Shown here: positions 25,259 through 37,639 of the stretch, piece by piece | Numbering within the stretch: position 1 is the stretch's first letter | Layout: each line of letters begins with the position of its first letter | Assembly (NCBI GenBank): GCA_043228905.1 | Contig: JBHGNT010000005.1 | Coordinates: 3,596,001 to 3,660,000, forward strand | Length of the DNA: 64,000 nucleotides | From: Azolla caroliniana | Taxonomy: Eukaryota; Plantae; Polypodiophyta | Direction of reading: 5' to 3' | Made by a program: the position numbers and the translations under genes | Notes under the pieces: generated by a model | Database searches by the model: none | What the model was told of the DNA's origin: nothing | The model's input: only the letters and a program-made list of their open reading frames with translations

Positions 25259-28200
25259 ATGTATGTATGTCTGTATGTTGAATCCACATCATCGTTCGTG
25301 AAATCATCATCTGTGGCACCATCGCCATCGCCATCGCCATTGCCATCGGCATCACAGGCGGCAAGGGCAAGGGCAAGGGCAAGGGCAGGGGCTAGGGCAA
25401 CGGTGGCGAAGCTGAGGACGCAGCTGGGCTCATCTTTCTCCCTCGTCTTCATCATCAACAACAGCGCACAGAGAAATCAGCATCGCTGCTGCATCAGTGG
25501 TAGTGGTAGTGGTAGTGGTAGTGGTAGTGGTGGCGGTGGCGGCAGCGGCAGCGGCATGTCCCCGCTGACATATTATGCGGTGAGGTCAGAGCCGCCCTCC
25601 GCCCCTCTCATTGCCCCAGATGGAGGCGTTCTTGTGGACGCCATGGTTCCACCTCATGAAAGAGCTGCCAAGGCCGCACTGGCACGCTCACTCCCTCGTA
25701 TCCCCATTACCCGCATCGACCTGGAGTGGATTCAGGTGCTGAGCGAGGGATGGGCCAGCCCCCTTCGTGGCTTCATGCGCCAGGCTGAGTATCTACAAAC
25801 CCTCCATTTTAACTGTCTCCGCCTCCCTGATGCCTCCCTCGTCAATATGTCAGTTCCCATTGTCCTTGCCATCGATGACAGTCAAAAGGAGTCTCTCACC
25901 GCTTCCTCCGCATCTTCGGTTGCTCTTGTCGGCCCCCGTGGAGACCTCGTTGCTATTCTTCGAAGGTATGCAGATCCATTCTATTTCCTTTTTGGCGTAA
26001 AAATGATGGGCAACAGAATTTGCAGAGGTGAAAGTTACCACATCTATTCTCGGGGGTTGCGTAAAATTCCTGGCTGCTCTCTGTCCCAGTGTGCATGTGC
26101 TTGTTGAAAGACGAAAATATTAAAACTTGCTCTTCTAGAGGTTTCAGTAAAATTAAGGTGCTCTCTTTACTAGACATTTTGTCTTCCAGATGTGTGTCTT
26201 AAATCAAGGATGCTTGAGTAGATCATTTGCAATGCTGAAGTTACCATATTTTAGCTCTCGCGAGGATCATGCTGCATTCATGTCTTCTTCTGGGAAATGT
26301 CTGATGTGTCTTTTCGCATGATTCTGGTGCATCTCATGTCATCATCTATGAGACCCATTTATGTGTTGATTAGCATCATCTAACCTGTACTTTTCTTTCT
26401 TTATTTGTTTTCTGCCATTTCTAACTCCGTGCAGCATTGAAATCTACAAGCACAATAAAGAAGAGAGAATTGCAAGGACATGGGGCACTACCGCACATGG
26501 ACTGCCTTATGTGGAGGAAGCCATAACTCCAGCAGGAAACTGGCTCATTGGTGGCGATCTAGAGGTTTTCGAGCGCATCAAATATCATGATGGCCTTGAT
26601 CATTATCGGCTTTCCCCAGCTGAGCTTCGGAAAGAGTTTGAGCGTAGGAAGGCTGATGCAGTTTTTGCTTTCCAGCTTAGGAATCCTGTACATAATGGAC
26701 ATGCACTTCTGATGACGGATACTCGCAGGAGGCTGCTTGAGATGGGCTTCAAAAATCCCATTTTATTGCTCCATCCTTTAGGGGGATTCACAAAGGCAGA
26801 CGATGTCCCTCTCGAGTGGCGTATGAAGCAGCATGCGAAGGTAGCAAAGATGGGAAGATAATTGTCTACATAGTTTTAAAAGGCTTTGCACTGATATATT
26901 TGGTTGGCTATATACATGCACATACACAAACATGGTTACACAATCATATAAATATGTATACATCATATACCCACATTACCATACATACACATAGACATGT
27001 GTATGTATATATTTATATACTTGACAAATGAAAACTGAATACATGTCAAAAAAGTATCCTTCTGATGTGTAATTACATTTTTTAATGTTCAGGTACTTGA
27101 AGATGGGATTTTGGATCCTGAAACCACTGTTCTGGCCATATTTCCCTCACCCATGCATTATGCAGGGCCAACTGAAGTACAATGGCATGCAAAAGCGCGA
27201 ATTAATGCTGGTGTAGATTTTTACATTGTAGGCAGAGATCCTGCTGGAATGGGACACCCAACCGAAAAACGTGATCTTTATGATCCAGACCATGGCAAAA
27301 TGGTGTTAAGCTTGGCTCCTGGGCTTGAGCGCTTAAACATTCTACCTTTCCGGGTATGTTTCGACTTGCCATTTCTGTGAGTATGTTTGCATGGTATGCA
27401 TGATATGTACTATGTATTAAGATGGCTGAATTAGCAAATTATTGATATAGCACTTGTGCTAATATTTTAATGTAGTTGTTATGCTCCTTCCCCTTTCTGT
27501 GTTTTCTTTCCAGGTCAAAAATCTCACATAGAACTATAGTCTATGCCAGTTATTTGATAGTTCTTTGAGGGTTGGATTGTCCACTTGCATTAAAAATTTG
27601 GAAAGGCTTAATTGTGTGTACTTTCTTTTCATCGCTTGTAAAGATAACATAGCTGTTGGAAAGCTAGCTGCTATTTTATTGCTTATAAAGATAAAATAAC
27701 ATTGTTTTTAGATATTGGTCTAGATTTCTAATTAGAAGGATGAATTTGTTTTACAAATAATGACTTAATAGGCATTATAAAAATCTTTTAAACTTTCGAA
27801 GCATCTTACAATTTGATGAAGTCTGGTCGATATTAGATATCAGAAGTTTCTATTTGTAGTATAGCTTAGGTATGGCTTACATCTGCCAAAAGGGCACAAT
27901 GTTGGGAATGGTATGCTGTTTGCTTGACTTCATCCTATACGTGAAGCCCATATAACATTCAAAGATGAAACTACCAAGGGCAGAGGCTTGTAGTATTTAT
28001 GTAACTACCAACTACCATATAACATTCAAAGATGAAATAGACCTTTATGAAATTAAATTATGTCTAAAATTTAATTAGTCTGTAACACATACTAAGCTCA
28101 GAATAATAGTTGCAATATGCGGTTTGATATCAAAGCTGGGTAAACTTGTTGATGAATATGACAAAGTATAAGCTTGAAAGTGCCATATTTGGTCAATGAA

Positions 28201-31200
28201 GTCAGTTTACAAGGTGAAATGGTGCACCTTTCTAAGATTTTCATCAATCCTTCAGGCACCAGTGAAATACTATCTTTCTCTATTTCATTCCGCAAAGGAT
28301 CCAAAGTATGTTCCACAAGATGCAAGGATGTGCATAGATATTTGGTCTCTTGCCATTTGACGAAATCAACACTTTGCCTTTTGGATTTACTCTATAAAAA
28401 TGGCTTTTAAGCTCATTGATATGGCCTCTAGTTGATCCTTTCAAAGAATAGAACTTTATAATCTTTAATGTAGGATCTCTTATCTTTTCAATAAGTTCGA
28501 CATCTTCTATAAAGAGGGAGGGAATACAATGCTATGTATTGAAAGAGCTTTTTATTAAGGGGTCTTTGACCTCTTGAATTTTTGCGGACTTATCATTAAT
28601 TGTAAGCATTTTTAAACCTTGCATATCTTTCATCTAAGATAATTGCATAACACAACAATGGAGTATGAGGGTGTTTTTGCAAGGCGATTGACAATAGGTC
28701 TAATAAATTCCTTCTTATAAGGGCTTTACAAAATAACAAGACATTGGTCTTTGGTATTTCTAATAGCAAATTGCGAATCTAGTTGCTTGATCATTTGCAA
28801 TTGACAGCATTTCAACAAAAGAGTCTGGGGGTGTGGTATGCAAGGCAAGTGACATGCATGCACCGTTATGTTTATGAATCGAAATGTCTGTGCTTTTGAA
28901 TATTGTCCTAAGAATCAATACATAATTCTATGTAAGCCCACTTAGAGCCATTTGAGCAAGTTCCTCCACAATAGCCAGACAAGATCAGCATGTGGGCTCA
29001 AATGTGTAATGCATGATTCCATTTCATTGATGAGATTAAAAATTGCATTTATAAGTGACATGCTCTGCCCCAAGGAACTGACTTCACTTGGTGAAAAACC
29101 CTAAACCCTTCTCAAAGAGTACTTGAGGAAAAAACGTGAGCAATGATGTAAGATACCACACGAATTTGCACACAATGTAAAATGCACAAAATCTGATCCA
29201 ATGGGAAAAATTGGCATCACCCTAAAAGTGTTTGGGAGAGATGCCAAAAAACTAAAATAATTTTCTAACTGTATCGTTGGAAACCTGAGTTGATAGATTA
29301 AAGTTCTTCTTGATGGACAGGTCCAAAACTAGTGAATCAGTGTTTCTGATCCTATAAGACATCTCATACAAAGAGAATAAATCATTCTCTTTTTTCTCCC
29401 GATGATATGCTAATAGAAATGACTAAGAAGCATCTCCATAAGACCACCCTTTGTTTAAGCAGAAAAGTTGAGTTTGAAGTCCAAAACCAGTGAATCAGTG
29501 TTACTGATCCTATACAACATCTCAGACAAAGAAAATAAATCATTCTATTTTTTCCCGATGACATGCTATTAGAAGTATGACTAAGAAGCATCTCCATAAG
29601 GCCACCCTTTGTTTAAGCAGTAAAGTTGAGTTTCAAAGATTAATAAGTCTTTCCTTCCACAATGCATTGGATTTGGTGATTTTGCCAGAAAGCATTTCCA
29701 TGAGTAGTACCATAAGAAGGGGGAAGAAGTAGTTTGTATATTATATGAACCAAGTCATTGTTTAGAATCCACAACATTCCTTGACTGGTTGGTGATCAGG
29801 TTAATATGGTGATGACATGGTTGATGACTTAATGTTGAGCTTTTTTCTTGAAAGGTCTTCTGCTTGCAAATTGAGGTTGTTTCTCGTGCTAATCCAATTT
29901 GAAATCCAGTCAAGCATTGGAAGTAGAGAAACAATGGCAGATGTAAATCCTGATAAGTAAAAGACAAAAAAGGAAACTGTGGAAAGCTCATGTTAAGAAT
30001 TTAAGATACTAAATAGTTCTAAGAAAAGAGAACTTTGCAAACTCTCAACTGGCAATTGCCATTGAAAAGAGAGTTGGGAATTTGTCGTATATAAGTAATC
30101 TAGTTTTTAAAGCCATTTTTTAGGTTTTTCCCTTCAATCTTATAGAATAATACAAGACATTGAGTGCTAATGGCACAAATGTTAAACATTGCGTATATAC
30201 AACATAAGAAGACTTAGGTATCCTCACAAACCTTTGGCTGTTGGATATTAGAGTCAAGGTCTTACTTTATAGAAATTTTTGAAATCAAATGTAGGGACTT
30301 CAAGACTTTGCATGCTACAACCACAATGTGAACACGTTGCCTTCATACATCGTAATATTGTCTTTGAGAATTCAGGCATCCCCACAAATGTTTGCCTATA
30401 AATTCACGACTTTACCATATGGAGATTAATTCGAATCTACATTTTAGTTTGTGATCATGCACACTAACAGTTGCTCCTGATCTGTGATAATAATCAAAAC
30501 ATGATCAATGCTAACTGAAATATGTGGGTACCTTACCATGTAGTAAGCTCCAAATATACAGGAGGTAAAGAGTATTTTTACCTTTCTTGACTTACAAGAT
30601 TGTACCACGCAATTATAGAAAAGAATCACAGTCAAATTTAAAAGCAGGAGAGATGAGAAAAGCACACTGCACAAATTAGGATCAGGATTATGACTCAAAG
30701 ATATGAATAGAGAAGGTGATAGAGACTGCAATGGTGGGAGTATACTCGCATCAGGTCATTGTTGGTGGATATCGAAGATATTTCTCCACAGAACAAGGAT
30801 TGAAAACAATATTGCCTTTATAAGGCAATGCTAATAAATGGTTTTATGCATCCAAGAAGTGGTCAGGAGAAACCTAAGTTATATTTAAGAACACTAAGAG
30901 AAGTAATCTAGCTACTCCAGAGCATTTACAATATGCATAAGTAGAAGAACTTGATAAATCACACATATCGATGCATCCTAACAAAATCGTGGATAAGGCT
31001 TGTATGCCTCTGACCAAGGATGTTACTTTCTCTAGGTAACTTAAAGGAGATAGGTATTAGGAAGTAGATGTGGAACTTCCTATTCTGCAAGTCTATAAGA
31101 CCAAACATATTGCTTCCCTTTTTGTATCTGGACGGTAATAGTCTTCTTGAAGTTCAAAGTGAGTTCTTGATCATGATTTATCAAATTCAAGCATCCGTTT

Positions 31201-31997
31201 TTAATATTTTTGTTCCATTTTGATGCCATGTGACAACCAAATTAATTTAGTTTCTCCACTGGCATATCGAAAAACATTTGTTTTGAAATGCATAGCAAGG
31301 TAAATATGAATATGGCACTTTATATATATATATATTTTTAGCCAGATAGTATTAGATATAAATCAGTAAAGTGTCTTGTGTACATCTCAATCGGTAACCT
31401 TCCATCTCCATCAGACTTATGGAATATGTGGTCTCATAACTTTCAGACGTAGATGTCTAGGAGGGATTTAATGTTCGTGTATATAAAACCATAAACGATC
31501 TTCAAATATTGATGTCTCATATTCACAGACATGTATAATATATAATGGATATGTGCATTTTTACATCCAACTCCAAAGGATGATTGTTCTATTCTAGCCA
31601 TATCTTTATTCTATTGGTTGCTGTTTATGATTCAAAGGGAACATTTCAAAGGACTCAACATGGACTGTTGATATGTTACATCTGTGTGCTTGTTTATCCA
31701 GTTAAAATTTCATTTGCAGGTAGCTGCATATGACAAGACACAAAGCAAAATGGCCTTCTTTGATCCTTCAAGGCCTGAGGATTTTATTTTTATTTCTGGG
31801 ACAAAGGTATCAGCTTCCATAATTGACGATAGTAATATTCAGTTCAGTAAATTCTTGTTGGCCCTTATGAAGTTGTCTTGCATTTTCTGCTGCAGATGCG
31901 AAATTACGCAAAAAGTGGCGAGTCTCCTCCTGAAGGCTTCATGTGTCCAGGTGGATGGAAGGTATTGGTGGAGTACTATCAAAGTTTAGCCAGCTAG
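25259..31997 (+). CDS. APS2: ATP sulfurylase (sulfate adenylyltransferase), APS2-like, with predicted plastid transit peptide; about 520 aa, 5 exons
   Basis: Exons 25259-25965, 26435-26840, 27093-27353, 31720-31806, 31896-31997, all GT-AG and frame-consistent. Motifs [63 protein letters not shown]. Family is certain; paralogue identity is inferred from the EYLQ motif. Confidence 0.96.
28090..31200 (-). mobile_element. Decayed LINE in ATP sulfurylase intron 3 (antisense to host gene)
   Basis: Intron 3 is 4.4 kb. The minus strand holds degenerate RT-like remnants (GFSP, ISPK..W, GKSP-like) with many stops. Boundaries approximate. Confidence 0.5.
29322..29633. repeat. ~158-bp tandem duplication inside intron 3
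   Basis: TCCAAAAC(T/C)AGTGAATCAGTGTT...AAAGTTGAGTTT occurs twice head-to-tail. Confidence 0.9.
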
Positions 31998-32225
31998 GAG
32001 ATGGAAGGAATGAAAGAGAACCATGCTTCTTTGAATCGCATGTAATTTGGCTTCCTTTTTTTTTCTATTCATGAGACTAGCTGCAGATTCATAGAGTTCC
32101 ACCATTTTGTGTGATACATGCTAGTCTTGAGTTACACACAACACTGTTAAGAATAAATAGCTGGTCAACATCGCGCTGACTGTAGCTAATAGTTCTTCCG
32201 AAATTGCAAGGAAATCTGATATGAA

Positions 32226-32573
32226 TGTCCTATCTAGGATTTTCACAGAGGCCACCTCAATTTGTTATGAACAGCATAAAATATATATTACTTTCTGTGT
32301 GCTTTTCATTAGATCTAATGTCGTAATTTCTACAGAATATTGGATCTGTAAATATATGCTATATTTCTTTCCAGACGTTTATAGAGATTCAACTTTCACT
32401 GTCCTATCTAGGAATTTCACAGAGGCCACCTCAATTTGTTATGAAAAGCATAAAATATATATGACTTTCTGTGTGCTTTTCATTAGATCCAATGGCGTAA
32501 TATTTACAGAATATTGGATCAGTAAATATATGCTATATTTCTTTCAAGACGTTTATATAGATTCAACTTTCAC
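32226..32573. repeat. 174-bp tandem duplication just 3' of ATP sulfurylase
   Basis: Unit TGTCCTATCTAGGA...TCAACTTTCAC starts at 32226 and again at 32400. Confidence 0.92.
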
Positions 32574-32959
32574 TTATTGTGCTACATGCATTTCAATGTT
32601 GCTCAGATGTTTTACTCTTGAGTATAACATTTCATTAAGCTATAAATTAGTCAGCTTCTGCACAAGCATATATAACATCAATCTCAGATATCCCTGTTTG
32701 TTTGGTAGTAGTTGGTGACTGTAGTATAAGATGGATTAATGGAAAGTATAGAATAAATAAGTGACTGGATTTAGATATCACTAGTTTACTGTGGATTCGA
32801 CCTTAACTCTCGTACTATCTTCAAAACTAATTTCATGTATGAAAAGTTCAAATCAGCAGCAACCTCTCCATTTTTTATGATTGTGTCAAATTCATTTTTC
32901 GCATACATCACTTGGCCCTCATATGGCCCTGATGTAGATGGACGCCTTAACTTGATCAT

Positions 32960-33665
32960 GGCAATTGCATGCTATATAATGCAACAAAATCTTCTATGGG
33001 GTCACCAAATATCATAGTAGATGAAGGGATGATGAGAAGAAACATGCTAATGCAACAAACTCCTCTTGGCAACTGGTACACATCCAACCACCTATATCTT
33101 TGGTTAGGTTCTTCTAGTGTATATCCCATATCTCCATGGATTGTTGTAGTATTCCTCCCAGCTCTATCTTTTGTTAAATTAAAAAACGTAAGATTGGATG
33201 TCTTAACTTCAGAATAGCAATTGTATGCTATGTTATGCAACAAAGCCATCTATTAGGTCACCAAATATCAAAGTATACATAGGGATTATTATAAGAGGCA
33301 TGAGAATGCAACAAACTCCTCATGGCAACTTGTATACATTCAATCACCTGCATCTTTGGTTAGATGCTCCATTTATAGCCCATTTCCTCCCTTCTTTGTT
33401 TGTTCAATTAATATTTCCTACCAGCTCTACTTTGTTAAATCAAAAAACATAGATGGACATCTTAAAAACATGCTATGTAATGAGACAAAATCATAAGAAG
33501 CAGATGAAGGGATGATTATAAGAAGCATGCCAATGCAACAATTTCCTCGTGGCAACTTGTATACATCCAACCACCTGCATCTTTGGTTAGATACTTCGAG
33601 TGTATCCAATCACCTCCATTGTTTGTTTTAGTATTTTCTACCACTTTAATTTTTTGTTAAAGCAA
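32960..33665. repeat. Three diverged ~250-bp tandem units
   Basis: ATGCAACAA..TCCTC.TGGCAACT.GTA.ACAT.CAA.CACCT..ATCTTTGGTTAG recurs three times. Confidence 0.85.
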
Positions 33666-35388
33666 AAAACTACTTTGTGTATCCAATCACGGCCAATTTT
33701 GTTTGGCTACAATTGGTTATCCAATCACCCTTTTTGACATTTGTTGTACTTTTTATGCTGGCTACATTTTCCTTTCTTCCTATATGCAATACAATGGCTA
33801 AAGTTGATTATCCATTCTTTCTTCCTATATTGCAGTACGGATTAAAGGGCTGCATTAAAGTATGTGTATCTTTCGTAGAGGTGTGTGTGTGGGTGTATGT
33901 TTATCATAATTCACAATGGTCTTGCATGCTTCCAATTAACAGTTCTTTTCTTTTCTTGTGCATTTGTTGATTGTGCAGTGGATCGTTGTGGTAAGACATC
34001 TTGGTTTCTTCGGCATGGGTGTCCAAATATGAGACTGGGCACCAAACAACCTATTTGCATAAACATGAGACTCCCTTGATAATGTGCATATAATAGTACC
34101 TATGATAAGACAGCAGAATACAACCTATTTGACAAACGTTTTACTCTCCGGGTATAGGGGAATTGTAATTTATGGGGGTATTACAGTATGGATTAGCTGC
34201 GTGATTCATGTTTGTTGAACAGACATGCTTAATACTATTGTTTTACATTTAATTCATGAGGTCCAAATGATAGCCAAACACAAATGGTAGGAGACATATT
34301 TGTAGTAAAAGATCATTTCTTATTGGCTGCATTAATTTACTGCATGTTTACTTCAGGTGCAAGTCCTTCCTGCTAGAGGAAGCTTTTTACAATGTGGTCA
34401 TCAAGAACGTAAGTTATGCATGCATGTCTATCCAGTTTGGAGCTGTTGTCATCAATCTAATCATTAAGTCCTGTTTGAAATTCATTGCTCAAATTACATT
34501 ACAAATTTATTGGCATGTATTTGTTATATGAATACATTTTGCAGCAGAAAATTCTAGAAAATGAGAATACTTAATTTCTCAAAGCATATTTGGCCTTTAC
34601 GACACAAAAATCCTACACAGAATGTTTTTAGGTCACTTTTAGAAGTACAATGGAAAAAAACTTAAACATACCTAATTCTTGAAAAGATTTTTACCAGAGA
34701 ATAGTATCACATTTGTATTATATTCACTGGATTAACATATTTAATTAATGGCTAGAATTAATTAGTTTACAATCCAATGCATAATAGGAATAACGTAATC
34801 AAGAAATATTTGAGAACTGTCTGACAACTTAAAGACAGGCACTACAAGTCATATGAGAACCAAAATTGAAGTTCCATCATAAGAGATGTCAAAAGAGTAG
34901 TTCATACCTTGTTTCATAGGTGATAGGGGGTTTTACAGGAATGACAGGATAGCAAGCATTTGATGTCCATACAGATAACAACCAATTGGGAGTATAAAAG
35001 TAACAGCTCTGGAATTTGGAAACTCGAAGATTTCCTCCGCTGTTTGAGGAAGTATAAAGTACAGACTGTCACTGCCTTTGTCCATTACTGATCTCCTTGG
35101 TCATTTTAAGACAAAAATTTAAGCATTTGGGTTTGAATCATAAGCTCTTAGTATTTTGTTTGGAGTTTGTAGTGCAAGTTTTTGAGGTGTGAGTAGATAA
35201 CAAAAAAAGTATTTGGGGGTTCATAATAAAGTGTGGAACTTATTTTCGGAACATGATACATATCCAATGCATGGCACATGTATTCTCTACATCCTTGACC
35301 TTGGTTTCATATTTAACAGGCTGTCAAGTAAGTTCCACAAATACACATACTTGTGGAACTAACATAAGATTCTTCGTTCTTGCCAAGG

Positions 35389-37542
35389 TTATAACTTATC
35401 ACTACTAATGGCTATGCCAGAAGTTGAAGCCTCTATGCATTGTTTCTTGTTTTTGTGAATTGAACTCGAAGACCCAGCAGCAGCATTGCAAGCATCACCT
35501 TCTCCTTCTTTGCATAATTTCTTTTCAGCTTCTTCTTCGTATTCCTGCTGTTTCTCTTGAGCCCTGTTCATCACCAATTTTCATATTTAAGCTCAATTGC
35601 TTACCACTAGCTAGCTGTATGCTATGCAGTAAACATCAAAATGTTCTAGTAATTGCCAATTTGATGCATAAACGAGAATTTTCCTTTGAGATATATGATA
35701 CCTATCCTTTCTCTTCTCTAGGAAGCGTGCTAGAGATGCCTTTCTCGCATAGGGAAGTTCTGCAGCACGTTTTCAACATCAAGGATTAGAGGCCTCGGCG
35801 GTAATTTTGTATGAATACACACACAAAAACATACATACATACATACATACATGTATATGCACACATAGTACATTGAAGAACTTCATTAAGCGAAAGTTGC
35901 CATTTTCACATTAGGAAATTCTGCAACACACACAGAGATGCAGTATGTATATGCATACATAATACATCGAGGAACTTCCCTATAAGAGAGATGCCTTTCT
36001 CTCATAGGGAAGTTCTGTAATGTGTTTTCAACATCCAGGTTAGAGGCCACAGTGGTATGTACACATATATGTGCATACTCTATGCAATACACAATACATA
36101 ATCAACTGATACCTATCCCAGCTTGTGGTCGTCTAACTGCAGCAACAGTCTGTGGTTTAGCCTCTGGCACGGGATTAGTTACTGAAGTAGAAGAAACTGA
36201 CAAACCAAGTGGTGGCTTTGTTGGTGTTGCATCTGATGAACTGACGCCATTTGGGGCTTTGGGGTTGGTGGTGGGAGAGGAAGACATCAAAGGAGGAGTG
36301 GCCCTCTCTTTGTCTTTCTCCACAGTTTGAATAGGGCTTCGTACAGAATCTGAATCCCCAGCCAGAACCATGATGGCATGAGCCTGAATTATGGACAAAA
36401 TTGTTTTACCGTCACATCCTAACGTACTCTTCCACAAATTTACATGTAATTCACAACTCTCTACCTCCTTATCTACACATATAATCCATAAAATCCTCCG
36501 ACTTATGTACCTTATCAGCAGGCACATCATCATAGACATTCACATTCCCCGAATAGAATATTGTAAGTTGCCCTCTATTTTCGTTGCTATGTCTGTAAAT
36601 AATGAAATGTTGACCATTGATAAGATCATCTTGTTACTGATAGATGCTTGAACTATTTTCATGATTTAACATTTGCATTCACCTTGTGAATGCTTGCAGA
36701 TATACCTGGGGATAGTTGCTGCTTGAGGCAAGCTTTGATCTGCTGCAGTTAGCCTATTGACATGCGATGCTGACAAAAAAGAAGTGTCCACTTCCTGGCT
36801 CTGGAGAAATTGACTCTTCATGCTTCTGTGACCTGTAAGGATGGACACATGTCATCAATGAACCCCCACAAATACCATGAGCATGTATGGATGGATCTAC
36901 CCCTCTGATTGATAATGGAATTAGGGTTTCTATACAATGGCAGGCATCAGGAACATGAATATATACATGGGACAGTATCTCTCCTTGATATAATTAGGGT
37001 ATCAATATACAAAGATGCTAGAAATTGATGCAAAAATGAAGCTTTCTAGACATCTAAACACATGAAAACTTCCCAATACCACAAATATTGATATACACAT
37101 GTATGGACTGACCTCAGTCCTTGATACACAAAATCCGGACATGAACCCTCACATATAACATGCCTATATACACAAATTTGGGGTTTCTTCGTGATTCCAG
37201 GTGGCATAGAGACATGAAACTTCGCCTATATACACGGACGGTTATCTCTCCTTGGTAAAAAAAATGAAGTCTACAAGACCCAAGGCATCATAATCATATG
37301 AAATCTCACATATACCATGACTGGATGGATCGATCTTGCTATCTCTCCCTCCCTCCCTATCTCTCTTTCCTTAATTCCAAGAAATTGTTGGGAACGACGC
37401 ATCATAACCATTTTGAAGAAGATAAAAGAAGAGAGCTCTTGAGCGTACCTCCCATCTGTTGATCGAAGATATGTTTGAGAGCCAAGGACTGCGTCTCTCG
37501 GGCGCGTAGGGACATGGAGGGGAGGGCAGCGGGTCTATCCAT
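35389..37542 (-). CDS. JAZ: JAZ (TIFY family) jasmonate-signalling repressor; about 268 aa, 6 exons
   Basis: Exons (minus) 37542-37449, 36832-36706, 36592-36511, 36383-36113, 35759-35702, 35563-35389, all GT-AG and phase-consistent. ZIM domain QLTIFYSGNVNVYDDVPADK|AHAIMVLAG; Jas motif ELPYARKASLARFLEKRKDR followed by the conserved phase-2 Jas intron. First exon and last acceptor are less certain. Confidence 0.93.
35972..36055 (-). other. Duplicated truncated Jas pseudo-exon with fold-back, in JAZ intron 4
   Basis: Copy of about 35731-35800 including the upstream intron segment and CAG acceptor. Reads ELPYERKASLL-stop in the same phase. 35972-36015 is an inverted repeat. Confidence 0.85.
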
Positions 37543-37595
37543 GGCGATCTTCTCCTTGCCTTCATTCAGCTTCTGCAGAGAGTGCATTTGCACAG

Positions 37596-37600
<5 letters not shown>

Positions 37601-37635
<35 letters not shown>
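37601..37635. repeat. (GA)n microsatellite in the JAZ 5' leader
   Basis: About 17 GA units, 60-95 bp upstream of the predicted ATG; reads (CT)n on the transcript. Confidence 0.9.

Positions 37636-37639
<4 letters not shown>

Noticed and set aside
32221-32718. 165-aa ORF with internal repeat
   Set aside because: Produced by a 174-bp (58-codon) tandem duplication in the 3' flank; no recognisable domain.
35331-35360. 10-bp hairpin just after the JAZ stop codon
   Set aside because: Short AT-rich stem plausible by chance; not a terminator in a eukaryotic context.
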